A stretch of DNA of 12,353 nucleotides from Candidatus Acetothermia bacterium (GTDB lineage: Bacteria > Bipolaricaulota > Bipolaricaulia > M55B111), in NCBI GenBank assembly GCA_046543235.1, contig JBKGZT010000038.1:1-12353 (forward strand). Reading direction: 5' to 3'. The first letter of the stretch is position 1, and each line of letters starts with the position of its first letter. The position numbers were made by a program, and so were the translations under genes. The notes beneath the pieces were generated by a model, which saw only the letters and a program-made list of their open reading frames with translations, was not told where the DNA came from and searched no databases. Shown here in pieces: positions 8,715 through 12,353 of the stretch.

Positions 8715-9647
8715 TTATAACCAGCCTATCCCGATTAGGTCTCCGGTTATCGCCAGAACCAGCCCCAGCAGGGCAAGGGGAGCGGCACCGTACCAGAAAA
8801 ACCGAAGGGCCTGGTCCGACCTCAACCTCGGATTCGTGTTCTTGATTAGGATTACAGCCACCAGGACGAGGACGTATTTTAGTCCTCCCCACAACGCGCC
8901 CCAGCCACCGCCGAAACCACCGAGAAATACGGTGACCAAAAACAGCGGCAGGACCAGAAGCGCCATTAGATGAGAGATCTTAAATAAACCGAGAAGCGGC
9001 CCGGAATACTCGATCAGCGGACCGCCCATTAACTCCGTTTCGGCTTCCGGCGTATCGAAAGGAACGAACCCGAGCTCGGCCTGGATGCAAAATAACGCCG
9101 CGACAAAAGCGAGCGCCCCGGAAACGCTCGCGACGATCGGTTTCCCGGTAAACGCAACCAGCTTCAGCCCTCCGCCGGTCCTTACTATTGCCGCCGTGAC
9201 GGCTAGCAGCAGGGGCAATTCGTAGGAAACTATCAACCTCAACTCGCGGTTGGATCCCATGCTAGAGAGGGGGTTCCCGGAAGACATCCCGCCCAAAACG
9301 ACCGAGAGAGCGGGTAATACGAGCAAATACAGCACGACTATTACGTCTCCCAGAAAGGAAGTTCCCGGGTAGTTTGCCTTTACCAGGATTATCGAAGCAA
9401 GCAACAGCCCGGCCGGCCCGAGCAGGGGGACGAGCAGATAACTCCACTCCGTGCTTTCCTCCGGAATTATATTCTCCTTCCCGAACAGCTTCGCGATATC
9501 GTAGACGGGCTGCAGCAAAGGAGGGCCAACTCGCCACTGTACAAGAGCGGAGACCTTTCTAACCAGCCAGGAAGCCAGAATTCCCGCCGCGAGGGTAAAC
9601 AAAAGCCCGGGAAAGACGAAAAAATCGAAGACCAAACCTCCTACCAT
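8715..9647 (-). CDS. NuoH/MbhM/HycD-like membrane anchor subunit
   Basis: 310 aa with RKVSALVQWRVGPPLLQPVYDIAKLFGKE, SYE, PFDTPEAETELMGGPLIEYSG and PRLRSDQ. TAATG overlap with the upstream gene. Confidence 0.94.
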   Translation of the reverse strand: MVGGLVFDFFVFPGLLFTLAAGILASWLVRKVSALVQWRVGPPLLQPVYDIAKLFGKENIIPEESTEWSYLLVPLLGPAGLLLASIILVKANYPGTSFLGDVIVVLYLLVLPALSVVLGGMSSGNPLSSMGSNRELRLIVSYELPLLLAVTAAIVRTGGGLKLVAFTGKPIVASVSGALAFVAALFCIQAELGFVPFDTPEAETELMGGPLIEYSGPLLGLFKISHLMALLVLPLFLVTVFLGGFGGGWGALWGGLKYVLVLVAVILIKNTNPRLRSDQALRFFWYGAAPLALLGLVLAITGDLIGIGWL

Positions 9648-10189
9648 TACTTACCCCCTTTACGACCCAGGGTTTTCGGCTGCCAGCCACTGACATGAAC
9701 CATGAGCCCATCCCTCAACTCGTGCCAGTCCTCCCCTTTCGGCTCGTGTCCCGCCGGTACCAGCTTGAGCCCGTCGTGAGGGCAGGTGGAGACGCAGGAA
9801 GGTTCCCCTTCCCTTCCTTCGCATAGGTCACAGCTTGAATCCAGGAAGGGAATGAAGTCCGTGTAAATCGTCCCGAACGGACAGGCCATAACGCAGGAAT
9901 CACAGCCGATACAGAGCAGGTTCGCCCGCTCCACCAGACCTTCGTCGTTCTTCTCCAGCGCATCGACAGGACAGGCCCTCAGGCATGCCTGGTCCTCGCA
10001 TTCCCGGCAGTAATGAGCAAAAGTAGCCTGCTCCCTTAAATCCAGGACTCCGTTATTCCCCGGATGGGCCTGATTATCACATTGGACCTCGCAGCTCTCG
10101 CAATCGAACCCGTCGCAGACGTCCAGATCCAACAACAGGGTCCCGTCCTTCGTGGTCGCCGTTTTCCCGTCAGTTTTCATTCCGATCAC
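9647..10189 (-). CDS. Multi-[4Fe-4S] electron-transfer protein (HycB/CooF/DmsB-like polyferredoxin)
   Basis: Four Cys groups: CDGFDCESCEVQC, CRECEDQACLRACP, CIGCDSCVMACP and CDLC...PSCVSTCP. The start is either GTG 10189 (GTGA overlap) or ATG 10180. Confidence 0.88.
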   Translation of the reverse strand: MIGMKTDGKTATTKDGTLLLDLDVCDGFDCESCEVQCDNQAHPGNNGVLDLREQATFAHYCRECEDQACLRACPVDALEKNDEGLVERANLLCIGCDSCVMACPFGTIYTDFIPFLDSSCDLCEGREGEPSCVSTCPHDGLKLVPAGHEPKGEDWHELRDGLMVHVSGWQPKTLGRKGGK

Positions 10190-11040
10190 TCCCAGAGATC
10201 CGGAATACCTTTGACCTGGTCATAGGTAAATACCGGACCGTCCTTACAGACGTAGTACTGACCGAGCTGACAGTGTCCGCACATACCAATCCCGCAACTC
10301 ATGTTCTTCTCCAGGGAGAGATAGATGTCCTCGGGCTCGAAGTGATCCAGCAGGGTTTGGGCCGTAAACTTCATCATGATCGGAGGGCCACATACCACGG
10401 CCACCCCTTCTTCCGTATCTATATCCGGGTCGTCCAGCAAGGTGGTCACGACCCCTTCGTTTCCCTCCCAGTCCTCGTCGGCCTCGTCGACGGTCAGCTC
10501 CAGTTCTATCTCCGAGCCAGAATCCCAGCTATCCAGCTGGTCCTTGTAAATCAGGTATTCCGGCGTGTTGGCGCCGTATTTCAGGCTTATCCGTCCGAAT
10601 TCGGAGGAGTTATCGGTCAGTGCGTAAAGCAGTGACCTCAGAGGGGCTAGACCGACTCCCCCGCCGACCACCAGGACGTCCCGCCCCCGCATCTCGTCCA
10701 GGGGATAACCCTCTCCGTAAGGCCCTCTAATTCCCAAAGTTTCTCCGGGGGAGGTCCGGTGTAACCTTCCGGTGACCTCACCGGCCTCCATGATCGTGAT
10801 CTCCATTTTCTCGGCTACTGCAGGAGAGGAAGAAGGGGTAAAAGGAGCTTCCCCCAGGCCGGGCACGGACAACTGGACGAATTCCCCGGTTGCGAACTCG
10901 ATCGGCCTCTCCGGAACCAGCTCAAAGGTCTTTATATTGGGGCATTCCTCTTTGATATCAGTTATTTCCGCCGGAACCGAGCTATAGGGGTTTTCCAGCT
11001 CTTCGAGCTCCTCCTCTTCTAACTCAACTCGCGTTTGCAA
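10186..11040 (-). CDS. FAD/NAD(P)-binding oxidoreductase with a C-terminal [2Fe-2S] site (AsrB / sulfhydrogenase HydG / PyrK / FlxA family)
   Basis: 284 aa with GEFVQLSVPGLGEAPF, RGPYG, GGGVGLAPLRS, VCGPPIMM and MSCGIGMCGHC...VCKDGPVF. TTG start with GGAGGT 5 nt upstream. Confidence 0.92.
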   Translation of the reverse strand: MQTRVELEEEELEELENPYSSVPAEITDIKEECPNIKTFELVPERPIEFATGEFVQLSVPGLGEAPFTPSSSPAVAEKMEITIMEAGEVTGRLHRTSPGETLGIRGPYGEGYPLDEMRGRDVLVVGGGVGLAPLRSLLYALTDNSSEFGRISLKYGANTPEYLIYKDQLDSWDSGSEIELELTVDEADEDWEGNEGVVTTLLDDPDIDTEEGVAVVCGPPIMMKFTAQTLLDHFEPEDIYLSLEKNMSCGIGMCGHCQLGQYYVCKDGPVFTYDQVKGIPDLWE

Positions 11041-12058
11041 TTGAGACCTCCTTCAAAACGTCCCGCATATCTATCTCGCCCATGCAGCCGTCAATACACC
11101 TTCCACAACCCGTACAACCGTAGATATCGTGGTTCTCCGGTATTCGGCCGAACTTGTCGTAAAACCGGTTTCGGACGCGGCTCTCCAGAGATTCCATTGG
11201 GTTTGCCCCGCCAGCCACTCGGCTGAAACCCTCGAAGTTACAGCTATCCCAAACTTTATTACGACTTACGCTGCCCTCTTCACGCTGCTCGTAGAGCTGA
11301 AAACAATGACAGGTGGGACAGGATAGGTTACAGGCACCGCATTCGACGCAGTCTTCGGCAAATTGCCCCCAGAGGGGGTCGTCCGCCGGAAGGGCGGAGA
11401 GGTCCTCCGGCACTTCGAAATCACTGTTGTTTTTCTCCAGCTCCTTCTCCAGGGATTCCCTGAACGTCCGCCGTCTCTCCAGCATCTCCTCCGATGCCGG
11501 CGCGAAGAGATCAGAATTCTCCTCGTAGACTTCCTGCCCGCGGAGGGAATCCGAATTGACCTCGACGAGCAAGTCGTCGAGATCGGGGAGTTTCGTGACG
11601 TTCAAATCGAAGCCCTCCTCCGGATAAGGTCGGCTCTCGACCTTATTACAGAAACAGGTGTCGGAAGCTTCGTAGCAGTCACTTGAGATCAACAGGGTGT
11701 CGTGGCGCCTGAACGCGTAATACGGGTCGATTACCTCTTCCCCGAGAAATACGTTATCGAGCACCCGGAGCGAACCCAGATCGCAGGATTTGACCCCGAA
11801 GATGGCCTGCTTTCTTCTCTCCGGGCCCTTCTCCCCTTCGGGAAACTCCGCTACCTCTTCTTTTGGAGGAGTAAAAAAGACTTTCGGAGGCGTCGGTAGC
11901 CTGTTTTTCGGGAAGTGAACAGGAGAATCTCCCAACTCACTCCATTTGGTGTAAGAGATTTCGCCATGGGATTCGACGGGGACGAAAAGGTCCCTGCCGG
12001 AGGCGACGTTATCCAGGAGGGTAAGAAAGTTCTCCTCCGAGAGGCGATAGAGATCCAT
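11024..12058 (-). CDS. 4Fe-4S dicluster protein of the AsrA / sulfhydrogenase HydB (beta) / FlxCD family
   Basis: Contains FGVKSCDL, C...TCFC, CVECGACNLSCPTCHC, WDSC, RVRNRFYDKF and GCTGCGRCIDGC. Start moved from 12091 to the ATG at 12058 (MDLYRL...), preceded by AAGGGAGGTATT; 344 aa. Confidence 0.9.
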   Translation of the reverse strand: MDLYRLSEENFLTLLDNVASGRDLFVPVESHGEISYTKWSELGDSPVHFPKNRLPTPPKVFFTPPKEEVAEFPEGEKGPERRKQAIFGVKSCDLGSLRVLDNVFLGEEVIDPYYAFRRHDTLLISSDCYEASDTCFCNKVESRPYPEEGFDLNVTKLPDLDDLLVEVNSDSLRGQEVYEENSDLFAPASEEMLERRRTFRESLEKELEKNNSDFEVPEDLSALPADDPLWGQFAEDCVECGACNLSCPTCHCFQLYEQREEGSVSRNKVWDSCNFEGFSRVAGGANPMESLESRVRNRFYDKFGRIPENHDIYGCTGCGRCIDGCMGEIDMRDVLKEVSIANAS

Positions 12059-12308
12059 AATACCTCCCTTAAATTGGTGGTAATGCCGCAAAAGTTTCTG
12101 CCGGAAGCCAGTAATCGTCCTTTAAGACAGCTTGACTTCGAAGCTACTTGGCCCTAGTTTTCGGAGCCCGCTGCCATTTATTTTTCCCGCTAGTACTCTG
12201 CAGGTAAATCGGTCAAGGACTTATCCATTCCCGGTGAGCCACTTCAGGGAGGTATCATTTACGTCGGCTCAAGAGTGAGAAAAGTTGCGTGAATATGATC
12301 CTTTTCAC
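12056..12308 (-). promoter_or_regulatory. Long (~250 nt) structured 5' leader; candidate translational attenuator or riboswitch-like element
   Basis: It lies between the promoter and the first ATG. A perfect 10-bp inverted repeat (12060-12069 with 12246-12255) covers the SD, and several local hairpins were found by eye. No known RNA family was recognised. Confidence 0.45.
12062..12070 (-). promoter_or_regulatory. Shine-Dalgarno site of the first operon gene
   Basis: The minus strand reads AAGGGAGGT-ATT-ATG, with the ATG at 12058. Confidence 0.8.
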
Positions 12309-12310
12309 AT
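12293..12310. promoter_or_regulatory. Possible repressor operator (Rex- or CRP-family-like palindrome) at the predicted transcription start
   Basis: The minus strand reads ATGTGAAAAGGATCATAT: 9/10 match to TGTGA-N6-TCACA and 10/14 to TTGTGAA-N4-TTCACAA. It starts 4 nt downstream of the -10 box. Confidence 0.35.
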
Positions 12311-12314
12311 TCCT

Positions 12315-12342
12315 ATTATACATACATCTAACACTTTGTCAA
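12315..12342 (-). promoter_or_regulatory. Sigma70/SigA-type promoter, TTGACA-N16-TATAAT
   Basis: Plus-strand tgtcaa at 12337-12342 is the -35 TTGACA and attata at 12315-12320 is the -10 TATAAT, with a 16-nt spacer. It sits in the AT-rich end of the window and points into the operon. Confidence 0.85.
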
Positions 12343-12353
12343 ATCAAGTACAA

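Noticed and set aside
139-9647. Reading the cluster as respiratory complex I (nuo) or as the Mbx/MBS sulfane reductase
   Set aside because: The large subunit keeps all four Ni-binding Cys and a cleavable tail, the small subunit has CxxC rather than CC, nuoA/E/F/G are absent, and mnhEFG are present.
10186-12058. Anaerobic sulfite reductase (asrABC) or Flx-Hdr call
   Set aside because: There is no siroheme AsrC, HdrABC or MvhD gene in the operon, and the promoter directly upstream leaves no room for them at the 5' end.
750-12091. Longest-ORF starts given in the track at 12091, 8325, 7802, 3804 and 1106
   Set aside because: Downstream ATGs at 12058, 8253, 7793, 3726 and 1076 have better SD placement or stop-start coupling and avoid non-homologous N-terminal extensions.
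25-12157. The other short alternative-frame and antisense ORFs in the track (e.g. 25-237, 337-702, 1413-1775, 2686-3042, 10273-10635, 11915-12157)
   Set aside because: All overlap well-supported operon genes and show no family motifs.
12205-12235. Resemblance of GGGAAU-GGAUAAGUCC to the start of a cobalamin riboswitch
   Set aside because: The other conserved elements (CCCGCxACUG, GCCACUG, the B12 box) were not found, and the downstream genes are unrelated to B12.
12246-12255. Plus-strand AGGGAGGTAT as the RBS of a divergent gene
   Set aside because: No ATG, GTG or TTG follows at a usable distance (the next bases are catttacgtcggctc). It is better explained as an anti-SD on the minus-strand leader.
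1-12353. CRISPR arrays, tRNA/rRNA genes, IS elements, frameshifted pseudogenes, in-frame selenocysteine codons
   Set aside because: None was seen. All 16 reading frames are intact, of the expected length, and have Cys at the metal-ligand positions.

Overview
The window holds one apparently complete, tightly packed minus-strand operon of 16 genes (about 12058 down to 139). It encodes a membrane-bound, energy-converting group 4 [NiFe]-hydrogenase with an Mrp-type Na+/H+ antiporter module (Mbh-like). In transcription order the genes are: AsrA/HydB-like Fe-S protein, AsrB/HydG-like FAD/NAD(P)-binding protein, HycB/CooF-like polyferredoxin, NuoH/MbhM, NuoB/MbhJ small subunit, NuoC/MbhK, NuoD/MbhL large subunit (both Ni-binding CxxC motifs intact), a 623-aa antiporter-like subunit, DUF4040/MbhDE-like, MnhB, MnhC, MnhD, MnhE, MnhF, MnhG and NuoI/MbhN. 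Upstream is a sigma70-type promoter with perfect hexamers (TTGACA-N16-TATAAT), so the host is most likely a bacterium, and the acidic soluble proteins hint at a halophile. Two things stand out. First, an NAD(P)(H)-type electron module heads the operon of an ion-translocating Mrp-hydrogenase. Second, the ~250-nt 5' leader is rich in hairpins and carries, in a hairpin loop, a perfect anti-Shine-Dalgarno complementary to the first gene's RBS and start codon ~180 nt away, which makes it a candidate cis-regulatory RNA. All family assignments come from motifs recognised by eye; no searches were run.
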